Below are positions 10,048 through 21,366 of a DNA stretch of 32,000 bases, piece after piece. The stretch comes from Cardiobacteriaceae bacterium (lineage in GTDB: Bacteria > Pseudomonadota > Gammaproteobacteria > Cardiobacteriales > Cardiobacteriaceae): NCBI GenBank assembly GCA_965277745.1, contig OZ255837.1, forward strand, positions 1,529,357-1,561,356, given 5' to 3'. How positions within the stretch are numbered: the first letter of the stretch is position 1; each line of letters starts with the position of its first letter. Under the pieces are notes generated by a model. That model saw only the letters and a list, made by a program, of their open reading frames with translations, did not search any database and had not been told where the DNA came from. The translations under genes were made by a program, and so were the position numbers.

Positions 10048-10218
10048 ATGGCCAAGAAAAACGTACGCGAAAAAATCCGTTTGGTTTCCTCCGAAGGGAC
10101 GGGGCATTTTTATACGACCACGAAAAACAAGCGCAACATGCCGGATAAGATGGAAGTCAGAAAATTCGATCCGGTCGCCCGCAAGCACTGTCTGTACAAA
10201 GAAGCAAAAATCAAGTGA
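10048..10218 (+). CDS. rpmG: 50S ribosomal protein L33
   Basis: Manual translation (56 aa, below the track cutoff): [56 protein letters not shown]. Confidence 0.93.
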   Translation: MAKKNVREKIRLVSSEGTGHFYTTTKNKRNMPDKMEVRKFDPVARKHCLYKEAKIK

Positions 10219-10240
10219 GTGTTCTTGCGCCTTGAAACAG

Positions 10241-10263
10241 CCCGCTTTCGAGCGGTTTTTTTT
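10241..10263 (+). terminator. Rho-independent terminator after rpmG
   Basis: CCGCT-TTCG-AGCGG hairpin followed by a T8 run (10256-10263). Confidence 0.55.
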
Positions 10264-10276
10264 GCGAATTTTCCCC

Positions 10277-11134
10277 ATGGCGACGCCTCCCGCACTTGTC
10301 CTTGATCAGGTCTCCCTCAACTACAAGGGACGGACGGTGTTGCGTGGCGCCGACTTGCGGGTGGCGCGCGGGGAAATGGTCGCGCTGTGCGGCGGCAACG
10401 GCGCCGGGAAAACCTCTTTGTTGAAACTGGCGAACGGCGATTTACGTCCGCACGCCGGCGCCGTGCGCCACGGAAAAAAAGATCTGCGGGTGGCGATGGT
10501 GGCGGACCGGGCGACGCTCTATGACGATTGGCCGGTGGGCGTGTTCCTGAACTGGTGCGCGCACGGACTTGCAGTGGCCGACCCCTCGCCGCTGTTGTGC
10601 TGGGTGATCGCCCAGTGCGCTTTGCAAACGGTGCTCGAGGAACGTTGCGGTGCTTTGTCACACGGCTATCGCCAGCGCGTTTCGCTGGCACAAGCGCTGG
10701 TTTCTTCCCCCGATCTGCTCCTGCTCGATGAACCGGCGAACGGACTGGACATCTGTCAACAACGCGCCTTGCGCGCGACGCTCAAGGCATTGTCGGAGCA
10801 CCGTGGTATTCTTTTCTCCCATCATGATTACGGTGAAGTTGCGGCGCTCGCCGACCGCCTGTATTGGCTCGCTGATGGGCGCTGTCGGGAAATTGTCCTG
10901 CCGGCGCAGGGCGAGGACTGTCTCTGGGCGCGCTGGCGGGATAGCGAAGACGCGCGCAAGGCGATGATGATCGGCGGGACGTGTTTTGGCTGCTACAGCG
11001 CCCATCCGTTTTCCGGCGAAGCGTCGCGGGCGCGGTTGATGGCGTACCTGGCCACGGATTCGCCGCCCCTGGAAATCCGCGCCGAAATGCCGGCAGGGGC
11101 GCTTTCCACCCTGTTGGAAATAGCCGATGGCTAA
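10277..11134 (+). CDS. ABC transporter ATP-binding protein (ABC-2 / GldA-like subfamily) with a ~70-aa C-terminal tail
   Basis: Walker A GGNGAGKTS, signature LSHGYRQRV, Walker B LLLLDEP, H-loop SHH. Start set at MATPPALVLDQVSL (ATG 10277), downstream of the rpmG terminator. Confidence 0.85.
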   Translation: MATPPALVLDQVSLNYKGRTVLRGADLRVARGEMVALCGGNGAGKTSLLKLANGDLRPHAGAVRHGKKDLRVAMVADRATLYDDWPVGVFLNWCAHGLAVADPSPLLCWVIAQCALQTVLEERCGALSHGYRQRVSLAQALVSSPDLLLLDEPANGLDICQQRALRATLKALSEHRGILFSHHDYGEVAALADRLYWLADGRCREIVLPAQGEDCLWARWRDSEDARKAMMIGGTCFGCYSAHPFSGEASRARLMAYLATDSPPLEIRAEMPAGALSTLLEIADG

Positions 11135-11870
11135 TGCGATGCGCGCGTTGTGGCGTAAAGAATGTCACTTTTTATGCGCGCCGCTTCCTGTGCTGGCGGT
11201 GATCTTTGCCTGGTTTGCCTGGGGCATCTATTTTCTCGCCGCGTTGCGCGAATATCAGGCGCTCGCGGCTAGATTCGCGTCGCTCTCTCCCGCGCGCGGG
11301 GCAAGTGAGATGTTGCTGTTGCCGGTCAACCGCCTGCTCTTGTTGCTGCTGGCGTTGTGGATCGTGTTTTTCGCCGCGCGCTCGATCGGCGAGGAATATG
11401 CCTGCGGCACCGTCGCTTTGTATCGCCGGCGTTTCGTTTCCTGGCTGCTGGCCAAGTCGGGAGCATTGCTGCTTTTTGGCGCGCTTTTCACCCTGCCGTT
11501 CTGGTTTTCCGTTGCCTGGCTGTCGAGCGCCACCCGGTTCGACCGCGCGGTACTCGTCGGCGTTGCCGCTGCACAGGCGCTGATCCTCGTGTACTGCTGC
11601 GCCATGGCGTGCTGCGTCGCCTTGTGGCTACGACGTCAGGCACTTGCTGCAGCTTTGCTGGGGACATTGCTATTGCTGCTCTTGTGGCTGTTGCCGAGTC
11701 TCGTCTCCTCGCCCGCGGGGCTTGTCGCCATGCTCGAGTGGCTATCGCCGTTTGCCCACGCGAGACTTCTTGTCGGCGGGCAGTTTACCTTGCAAAGCGT
11801 GCTTTTTGTCGTTCTGCAAAGTGGCCTTTTTCTCTCTTTTATCGCTTATTTTCACCTTGGAGAACGCTGA
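11127..11870 (+). CDS. ABC-2 family transporter permease
   Basis: 247 aa, about 6 hydrophobic segments. 8-nt overlap with the ATPase gene. The stop overlaps the sohB ATG (TGATG). Confidence 0.7.
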   Translation: MANAMRALWRKECHFLCAPLPVLAVIFAWFAWGIYFLAALREYQALAARFASLSPARGASEMLLLPVNRLLLLLLALWIVFFAARSIGEEYACGTVALYRRRFVSWLLAKSGALLLFGALFTLPFWFSVAWLSSATRFDRAVLVGVAAAQALILVYCCAMACCVALWLRRQALAAALLGTLLLLLLWLLPSLVSSPAGLVAMLEWLSPFAHARLLVGGQFTLQSVLFVVLQSGLFLSFIAYFHLGER

Positions 11871-12868
11871 TGGAGTTTCTCTTCGATTATGGTTTGTTTC
11901 TTGCCAAAACGCTGACTGTCGCCCTCGTGGTGGGCGCGCTTTTTACCACGCTCCTTGCGGCGAGACGTCACAAATCGCTACCGGGCACGTTGAAGCTGAC
12001 TTCCCTGAATGCCCATTTCGAGGATCTGCGCGAGCGCTTGCTGGCCGAAACACTGGACAAGAAAGCGTACAAGGCGCATATCAAGGAACGCAAGAAAACC
12101 GATAAAGAAAAGGCGAAAGCGTGCTCGCAACGGCCGCAATTGTTCGTGCTCGATTTCGATGGCGATATCGAGGCCAGCGCGGCGCACGGCTTGCGCGAAC
12201 ATATCAGCGCAATTTTGCAGGTGGCGACGGAAAAAGACGAAGTGCTTTTGCGCCTCGAAAGTGGTGGCGGTTATGTCCATGCCTACGGGCTTGCCGCCTC
12301 GGAGTTGGCACGGTTGCGTGCCAAGCCGGTACGTCTCGTGATTGCGGTGGACAAGGTGGCGGCGAGCGGGGGCTATATGATGGCCTGCGTGGCCGATGAA
12401 CTCCTAGCGGCCCCGTTTGCGATTATCGGCTCGGTCGGCGTGATCGGCGCGTTGCCGAATTTTCACGAACTGCTGGAAAAAAATCATGTGCACTACGAGC
12501 AGCACACCGCCGGCGAACACAAACGAACACTGACCATGTTCGGCGAGAACAGCGACGCCGACAGAAGCCAATTCCAGAAGGAGTTGCACGAAACTCACGC
12601 GCTGTTCAAGGAACATATCCGGGCGATGCGGCCGCAACTCGATGTCGAGGCGATCGCCACCGGGGAAACCTGGTATGGCCGCCAGGCGCTGAAGAGGCAA
12701 CTTGTCGATAAAATACAGACGAGCGACGATTACCTGCTTGCCCATCTTGACTCCCACCGGATGCTTTTGCTCGAGGAAGAGCGCCACGATTCTCTGCTGC
12801 AACGCTTGAAATCGCGTTTTCTCGGCAATATTCGCGGGAATCGGCCATTCAAGTCACGGATTCTGTAA
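11870..12868 (+). CDS. sohB: Inner-membrane peptidase SohB (S49 family)
   Basis: MEFLFDYGLFLAKTLTVALVV (N-terminal TM), ...LFVLDFDGDIEASAAHGLREHISAIL...AASGGYMMACVADELLAAPFAIIGSVGV. Start trimmed from 11357, because the upstream part overlaps the permease in another frame. Confidence 0.85.
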   Translation: MEFLFDYGLFLAKTLTVALVVGALFTTLLAARRHKSLPGTLKLTSLNAHFEDLRERLLAETLDKKAYKAHIKERKKTDKEKAKACSQRPQLFVLDFDGDIEASAAHGLREHISAILQVATEKDEVLLRLESGGGYVHAYGLAASELARLRAKPVRLVIAVDKVAASGGYMMACVADELLAAPFAIIGSVGVIGALPNFHELLEKNHVHYEQHTAGEHKRTLTMFGENSDADRSQFQKELHETHALFKEHIRAMRPQLDVEAIATGETWYGRQALKRQLVDKIQTSDDYLLAHLDSHRMLLLEEERHDSLLQRLKSRFLGNIRGNRPFKSRIL

Positions 12869-13113
12869 ACCGACGCGGCAAGAAGAAGGAGTGGCGGAGA
12901 GGCGCAAGAGCAAGTGCTTGCCGCGTGAAAAACGGATCTGTCGGTCGAGAAAAGCGCGACACACCATGGCGTCAGCCCACTTGCGTAGTGCCTTTTCCGC
13001 CACTGCGCGGTAAATGGCGCAAGTGCCGGACGAACACTTGAAAACAGTCGGCCTGTTCTCGCGGGGGTATCGACTTCGCGTGGCGGAAAAGCTTGTCCTC
13101 CGCTTGCGCATGC

Positions 13114-13872
13114 TTATCGGAACCAATATTTTACGGCGAGTACGCAACTGATGATCATGCTCATCGCGATCACGAGCGGGCGAATCAATTTGTTGCCTTT
13201 GCGGATGATCATTGCCGAGGCGATCCGGGCACCGAGAATCTGCCCGCCAGCCATTATCAGTCCATAGGGCCAGACGATTTTGCCGTGGAAGAGGAAAACC
13301 AGCAGGGCGACGAAGTTGGAGGCCATGTTCAATGCCTTGGCGCGGATGGTCGCTTGCTGAATGGTCAAGCCGCGCATAGCGACCAGGGCGAGCATAAAGA
13401 AGGTGCCGGTGCCGGGGCCGAAAAAGCCGTCGTAAAAGCCGATCGGCAGGGCGAAGGCGACGGCGAAGGAAAATCCCCCCTGTCTGGCGAGCTTTTCCAC
13501 GCTGCCGATTTGCGGCATGGTAAGCATCACAATGGCAATGGCCATCAACAGCGCCGGAATGAGGTGTTCCAGAAAGCCTTTGTCAAGGAAAAGGATCGCG
13601 AGCGCGCCGAGTACCGCGCCGAGGCAGGAGGTGATGAGGCTGACGTTGATCTGTGACCAATGCAGTTCTTTGCGGCGCAGGAAATACCAGCAAGCGGAAG
13701 TCGTGCCCACGGTGCCTTGCATTTTGTTCGTTGCAAGCGCCTGATCCGGGGGCAGACCGGCCATCAGCAGCGCCGGAATGCTCAACATGCCTCCGCCGCC
13801 AGCCAGGGTATCGACAAAGCCAGCGATCATCGCGGTGAAAAACAGGATCGGTAAGAGGGCAAGGAGCGTCAT
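13114..13872 (-). CDS. TSUP (TauE/SafE) family anion exporter
   Basis: Eight hydrophobic segments, with GFVDTLAGGGGMLSIPALL and GFYDGFFGPGTGTF motifs. ATG 13872 overlaps the engB stop (GGATGAC), and AGAGGA lies upstream. Confidence 0.85.
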   Translation of the reverse strand: MTLLALLPILFFTAMIAGFVDTLAGGGGMLSIPALLMAGLPPDQALATNKMQGTVGTTSACWYFLRRKELHWSQINVSLITSCLGAVLGALAILFLDKGFLEHLIPALLMAIAIVMLTMPQIGSVEKLARQGGFSFAVAFALPIGFYDGFFGPGTGTFFMLALVAMRGLTIQQATIRAKALNMASNFVALLVFLFHGKIVWPYGLIMAGGQILGARIASAMIIRKGNKLIRPLVIAMSMIISCVLAVKYWFR

Positions 13873-14483
13873 CCTCTGTGAATCCCGCTGCCGATCCATT
13901 GATCGAGTTGCTTGGACAAGGTCTCGATTCCCTGTTTTTTCAGGCTGGAAAACACTTGTAGGGACAACGGCGAGGGGAAGTCGGCGAGCGCTTTTTCCAC
14001 GTCATGGCGCTGTTTGTTCTGCGCGTTTTTTTTCAGTTTGTCCGCCTTGGTAAGGACAATATGCACCGGCAAGCCACGGGTGGCGCAGCAGGTCAGTAGC
14101 TGTTCGTCGCGTTCCTTAAGTGGATGACGGATATCCATGATCAGGATGACGCCTTTGAGCGCCTCGCGGGTCGCGAGATAGTCGCCGAGCAGTTTTTCCC
14201 AGTGTAGGCGCATATTTTTCGCCACTTTAGCGTACCCATAGCCAGGCAGATCGACGAGGTATTTGCCCGCTGTGGGTAGGGCGAAATAGTTGATCAGGCG
14301 GGTGCGCCCCGGTGTTTTGGAAACGCGCGCCAGTGCGTTTTGACCGCTAAGCGCATTGAGCGCGCTCGATTTGCCGGCATTGGAGCGCCCGAAAAAGGCG
14401 ACCTCTACTTCGGCGTCTGTCGGCAACTGCTCAAGGCAATTGGCGGAGAATAGAAAAGCCGCCTGTCGATATGGGTTGGGCAT
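13869..14483 (-). CDS. engB: Ribosome-biogenesis GTPase EngB/YihA
   Basis: EVAFFGRSNAGKSSALNAL (G1), DLPGYGYA (G3), LTKADKL (G4). Divergent from cytochrome c4, as in pseudomonads. Confidence 0.92.
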   Translation of the reverse strand: MPNPYRQAAFLFSANCLEQLPTDAEVEVAFFGRSNAGKSSALNALSGQNALARVSKTPGRTRLINYFALPTAGKYLVDLPGYGYAKVAKNMRLHWEKLLGDYLATREALKGVILIMDIRHPLKERDEQLLTCCATRGLPVHIVLTKADKLKKNAQNKQRHDVEKALADFPSPLSLQVFSSLKKQGIETLSKQLDQWIGSGIHRG

Positions 14484-14558
14484 GAGATCGGTGATTCGTT
14501 ACAATAGCCGGGCATACTCGGGTATCCGTGCCCGCAACGGAAAAGAACAAAGCGTATT

Positions 14559-15215
14559 ATGAAGTATTTCATAGCAAAAAACAGCCTCGCCCTCTCACTT
14601 TTGTTGTTTGCCTTGCGCGTGTTTGCCGGCGGCGATGCGCAGGCGGGCGCCGCGCGTGGCGCGGCAATTTGCGCGAGCTGTCACGGCGAAAAATGGGTTG
14701 CGGTGAATCCGCGATGGCCGAAGCTAGCCGGACAGGGGGAAAAATATCTGCTCAAACAATTACGTGATTACCGAAATGGAAAACGTGACGATTCGATCAT
14801 GAAGGTACAAACTGCGATGCTCGAGGAAGCGGAAATGGCCGATATCGCCGCCTATTTCGCCGCCCAGAAGCCTTTCGCCTCGATGCGTAAGGAAGAACAG
14901 AGCGCGCAAGACGAGCCGGGGGAAAGCCTCTATCGCCATGGCGATGTAGCGGCTGGCCTCGTTGCTTGCGCTAGCTGTCATGGAGCGGATGGCGCGGGCA
15001 ACGAAGATTCGGCTTCTCCGCGCCTTGCCGGACAGCATCGCGCCTATATCGTTGAACAGTTGCACAAGTTCGCAAATGCCGCGCGAGAGGGGGAAAAACA
15101 AGCGCCCGATGAACGGCGCGACAACGATGCGGGCGGGGTGATGCGCGAGGTCGCCAAGCGATTGAGCGACGCCCAAATCAAGGCGCTTGCGGCCTATCTC
15201 AAGGGGAAACGTTGA
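14559..15215 (+). CDS. Dihaem cytochrome c4 (periplasmic)
   Basis: Signal peptide MKYFIAKNSLALSLLLFALRVFA. Two CASCHG haem-binding motifs, each followed by a distal Met region. 218 aa. Confidence 0.88.
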   Translation: MKYFIAKNSLALSLLLFALRVFAGGDAQAGAARGAAICASCHGEKWVAVNPRWPKLAGQGEKYLLKQLRDYRNGKRDDSIMKVQTAMLEEAEMADIAAYFAAQKPFASMRKEEQSAQDEPGESLYRHGDVAAGLVACASCHGADGAGNEDSASPRLAGQHRAYIVEQLHKFANAAREGEKQAPDERRDNDAGGVMREVAKRLSDAQIKALAAYLKGKR

Positions 15216-15621
15216 TGTTTCCGCGCGAAGAAGGAAAGAGAAACCGCGCAACGCGCATGACAGACAAGCGTGAGAAGTGCTTTGCGACGGTTGCGCCCCG
15301 TGCTGTCTGCGCAAGGCGGAAGACGGCGATGCCGCGACGGGGTGTTTTTCACGACTCCCCCACCGCCTGTTCGATAGCGCAGTGGCTTGTCACAGGCAGT
15401 TCCGGCAGCCTTACAAGCTGGGCTTGGCGGCGATCGCAGGCGAGTATTTCCTTTTGCCGCCGCGATGAACGCCCGCCGCAGGGCGACGCTCGCGCGGGGA
15501 GACTATCCTTCAAGCACGGGGAGGTTCCTGTTCGTTTCGCCTTCAGTGCGCGCGATGGGTATGCTGCTGATGCGCGTGTCGCGTTCGCACGGGAGGCTAT
15601 TTTGCGAAACGGAAAGAGACG

Positions 15622-15625
<4 letters not shown>
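15215..15625 (+). CDS. Questionable hypothetical protein (136 aa, Arg-rich) exactly filling the cytochrome c4-zipA gap
   Basis: ATG 15215 overlaps the cytochrome c4 stop (TGATG), and its TGA overlaps the zipA ATG (ATGA). The composition (R/A/S/P-rich, very basic) looks like an off-frame translation. No family recognised. Confidence 0.2.
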
Positions 15626-18350
<2,725 letters not shown>

Positions 18351-18387
18351 TCACGGCGTGACATGACGCGTTTATGCCGATTCTCCT

Positions 18388-19083
18388 TTACCAGCGCTTG
18401 CGCACGATCTGATAGCCGGAACGCGACAGATATTTCAGCGGTGCGGCCACTCCGCTGAAGACGTGTACCAGACGGGTGAACGGAAACAACAGAAAAATCG
18501 TCGTGCTGAGGACGATATGGAGTTTGAAAACCAGGGCTTCTTCGACGATAAACGCCGTGGCACCACCACGAAAGGTGATGATATGCTGCGCCCAGTTGGC
18601 AAGGGCGAGCATGGAACTGCCATCGAGATGTTGTGCCGAGAAGTAAAGGGTGACGAGCCCTAACAGCAACTGGACATAAAGCACCAGCAAAATGGCGATA
18701 TCGGCAGGTTTGCTGGTCGCACGAATGCGCCGATCGAAGAGGCGGCGAATGATCAGCATCGTCATGCCGATGAAACAGATCGTCCCGAACACACCGCCCG
18801 CGAGGATCGCCAGCAATTGCTTGGCGCCGGCGCTGATGACATGGCGATAGACTTCGTGCGGGGTCAACAAACCGATCAGATGGCCGAAAAAGAGCAGGAT
18901 GATACCGATATGGAAGAGATTGTTGCCGATACGCATGCCTTTTTTGCGCAATAACTGGCTGGAATCGGCTTTCCAAGTATAGGGATCGCGATCATAGCGC
19001 AAGATGCTGCCAAGCACGAACACCGTAAGGCAAATATAAGGGTAGTAACCAAAGAAGAATTGATGCACGAAATCGACCGTCAT
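18388..19083 (-). CDS. narI: Respiratory nitrate reductase gamma subunit (dihaem b)
   Basis: 231 aa, 5 TM segments, conserved FFGYYPYICL... and HLIGLL / H..VLS haem-ligand histidines. ATGA overlap with narJ. Confidence 0.92.
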   Translation of the reverse strand: MTVDFVHQFFFGYYPYICLTVFVLGSILRYDRDPYTWKADSSQLLRKKGMRIGNNLFHIGIILLFFGHLIGLLTPHEVYRHVISAGAKQLLAILAGGVFGTICFIGMTMLIIRRLFDRRIRATSKPADIAILLVLYVQLLLGLVTLYFSAQHLDGSSMLALANWAQHIITFRGGATAFIVEEALVFKLHIVLSTTIFLLFPFTRLVHVFSGVAAPLKYLSRSGYQIVRKRW

Positions 19084-19781
19084 TTTATGCTACCTCCGAC
19101 GCTTTTCTCCCATCGTCGCGTGTTATTGGCGAAGGGATTGCACGCTTTGCAATTGGTGGCGGCAAGCGGATCACCGCCGAAGGCTTTCGCTTCTCGCCAT
19201 TGTTCATCGAGTTCCTCCCATGTCTGCGGATCTTTCGGCGCGCTTTCGAGCACATCTTTCACCTTCGTGTGATCCGCTTTGACGGTGGAAAGCGCTTCGA
19301 TGGCCGTAAAAACAACGGCATAAGGGGAATTTCGTTTGCCAAGCCTCGTCCCGATCGCGGCGATGACATCGATCGCCTCTCCCAGTAAATCACTCGCTTC
19401 TTGCACAGAGCAAAGCGAGAGGTATTCCATGAACAAGGGCAGATAATCAGGAAGTTCGTTGTTCTGGATGTACAGGCCTTTCGAGGCGTAGGTCTCGCAG
19501 AGATCGACCATCGCCTGGCCGCGATCTCGGGATTCGCCATGGATGTGCTCGAACAAATGCAGGCAGTGTTCGCGTCCGCGGTCGAAGGTCTCGACGTACT
19601 TTTCCGCGACGTCCAAAAAGTCTTTTTCCGCCTTGCTGTCGAGAAAACGCGCGATGCGTTTGATGGTTTTTTCCACCAACAGCGCCTCTTCGCGCAACCG
19701 TTCGACGATCTCGCCGCGTGCTTCGATCAGCTGTGCTTGCGGATAGCTCAAGAGTAAGCCCAGTATTTTGAAGGTTTTCAT
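19080..19781 (-). CDS. narJ: Nitrate reductase molybdenum cofactor assembly chaperone
   Basis: MKTFKILGLLLSYPQ...ELPDYLPLFMEYL is the NarJ signature. Start ambiguous among TTG 19796, ATG 19787 and ATG 19781; the last has the best Shine-Dalgarno spacing (AAGGGA). Confidence 0.9.
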   Translation of the reverse strand: MKTFKILGLLLSYPQAQLIEARGEIVERLREEALLVEKTIKRIARFLDSKAEKDFLDVAEKYVETFDRGREHCLHLFEHIHGESRDRGQAMVDLCETYASKGLYIQNNELPDYLPLFMEYLSLCSVQEASDLLGEAIDVIAAIGTRLGKRNSPYAVVFTAIEALSTVKADHTKVKDVLESAPKDPQTWEELDEQWREAKAFGGDPLAATNCKACNPFANNTRRWEKSVGGSIK

Positions 19782-19812
19782 GCGCATCCCTTGCAACCGC
19801 CGCAGCGCGATT

Positions 19813-21366
19813 TTATTTGTTCGGGGGGCTTCCGTTCATGGTGTTTTCATGGGTTATTCTCCCGAAAAGCCCGGTTTTGCTCGTCCCTGCGGAGCAGCCG
19901 TTGCCGAAGCTGAAACCGCAGGCGGAACGCACGTCGAAGGCGATTTCATGATCGAAGGCGGTTTTCCCGGCATATTCCCGGTGATTGCTTGGGATGACGA
20001 AGCGATCTTCGTAATTGGCCAGCGCCATGATGCGATACATGTCATCGACCGTTGCTTTGTCAAGGCCTACCGAATCGAGAAGGGCGTGATCCGTGACACC
20101 TTCGACATTTCTCGCCCGCATATGGGCGCGCATGGCGATCATCCGTTCCAGGGCATGAACAATTGGTTCCTCTTTTCCCGCGCTGAGCAGGTTGGCCAGG
20201 TATCGGATCGGGATGCGCAGCTTGTGAACATCCGGGAGCACGCCGTCCATCTCGATCTGCCCGTTCTCGGCGGCGTTCTGGATCGGGGAGAGTGGCGGGA
20301 TGTACCACACTATCGGCAGGGTACGGTATTCGGGATGCAGGGGAAAAGCGACCTTCCAGTCGATCGCCATTTTGTAGACCGGTGAGTTCTGCGCTGCGGT
20401 GATCCAGCTGTCGGGAACACCGTCTTTTCTTGCCTGGGCGATGATTTCCGGATCGAAGGGATCAAGAAAAAGATCGCACTGCGCCTCGTAGAGGTCTTGC
20501 TCGTCCTTCATGCTTGCCGCCTGTTTGATCCGGTCGGCGTCGTAAAGCAGGACGCCCAGATAGCGAATCCGTCCGACGCAGGTCTCCGAACACACGGTTG
20601 GATCGCCGGCTTCGATACGCGGGTAGCAGAAGGTGCATTTTTCCGATTTGCCCGATTGCCAGTTGAAGTAAATTTTCTTGTAGGGACAAGCGGAGACACA
20701 CATCCGCCAGCCGCGGCATTTCTCTTGATCGATCAGGACGATGCCATCTTCCTCGCGCTTGTAGATCGCTCCGGAGGGGCAAGCGGCCACGCAGCTGGGG
20801 TTCAGGCAATGTTCGCAAAGACGCGGCAGGTACATCATGAAGGTTTTTTCGAATTGCCCGTAGATATCCGCGTCCACCACTTCCTTGAAATTGTAATCCT
20901 TGCGCCGTTTTTCAAATTCACCGCCGAGAATTTCTTCCCAATTCGGCCCCCATTCGGGTTTTTCCATTTTTTCACCGGTGATCGCCGAATGGGCGCGCGC
21001 CGTCGGCATCGTTTTCGATTCGGGGGCTTTTTGCAGATGTTCATATGCGAAAGTGAACGGCTCGTAGTAGTCGTCGATTTCCGGTAGATCCGGATTAGCG
21101 AAGAGTTTCGACAGAAGCCGGAATTTACCGCCTATTTTCGGGACAAGATCGCCGTTTTCCTTGCGTTTCCACCCCCCACGCCAGACTTTCTGTTCTTCCC
21201 ACTGGCGCGGATAGCCCACGCCAGGCTTGGTTTCGACATTGTTGAACCAGGCGTATTCCACGCCTTGCCGCGAAGTCCAAACGTTTTTGCAGGTTACCGA
21301 ACAGGTATGGCAGCCGATGCACTTGTCCAGATTGAGCACCTTGCCGATTTGCGCGCGTATTTTCAT
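19813..21366 (-). CDS. narH: Respiratory nitrate reductase beta subunit (4 Fe-S clusters)
   Basis: MKIRAQIGKVLNLDKCIGCHTCSVTCKNVWT..., CEHCLNPSCVAACPSGAIYKREEDGIV, CRGWRMCVSACPYKK, CTFCYPRIEAG. 517 aa. Confidence 0.96.
   Translation of the reverse strand: MKIRAQIGKVLNLDKCIGCHTCSVTCKNVWTSRQGVEYAWFNNVETKPGVGYPRQWEEQKVWRGGWKRKENGDLVPKIGGKFRLLSKLFANPDLPEIDDYYEPFTFAYEHLQKAPESKTMPTARAHSAITGEKMEKPEWGPNWEEILGGEFEKRRKDYNFKEVVDADIYGQFEKTFMMYLPRLCEHCLNPSCVAACPSGAIYKREEDGIVLIDQEKCRGWRMCVSACPYKKIYFNWQSGKSEKCTFCYPRIEAGDPTVCSETCVGRIRYLGVLLYDADRIKQAASMKDEQDLYEAQCDLFLDPFDPEIIAQARKDGVPDSWITAAQNSPVYKMAIDWKVAFPLHPEYRTLPIVWYIPPLSPIQNAAENGQIEMDGVLPDVHKLRIPIRYLANLLSAGKEEPIVHALERMIAMRAHMRARNVEGVTDHALLDSVGLDKATVDDMYRIMALANYEDRFVIPSNHREYAGKTAFDHEIAFDVRSACGFSFGNGCSAGTSKTGLFGRITHENTMNGSPPNK

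Noticed and set aside
11357-11869. N-terminal 171 codons of the tracked 503-aa ORF that ends as SohB
   Set aside because: This part overlaps the ABC-2 permease in another frame and is Arg/Cys-rich nonsense. SohB homology begins at MEFLFDYGLFLAK (ATG 11870), which is coupled to the permease stop.
12854-13147. 97-aa minus-strand ORF in the sohB/TauE spacer
   Set aside because: It overlaps the ends of both flanking genes and is strongly basic (R/K/S-rich), with no Shine-Dalgarno and no family resemblance. It is more likely noncoding.
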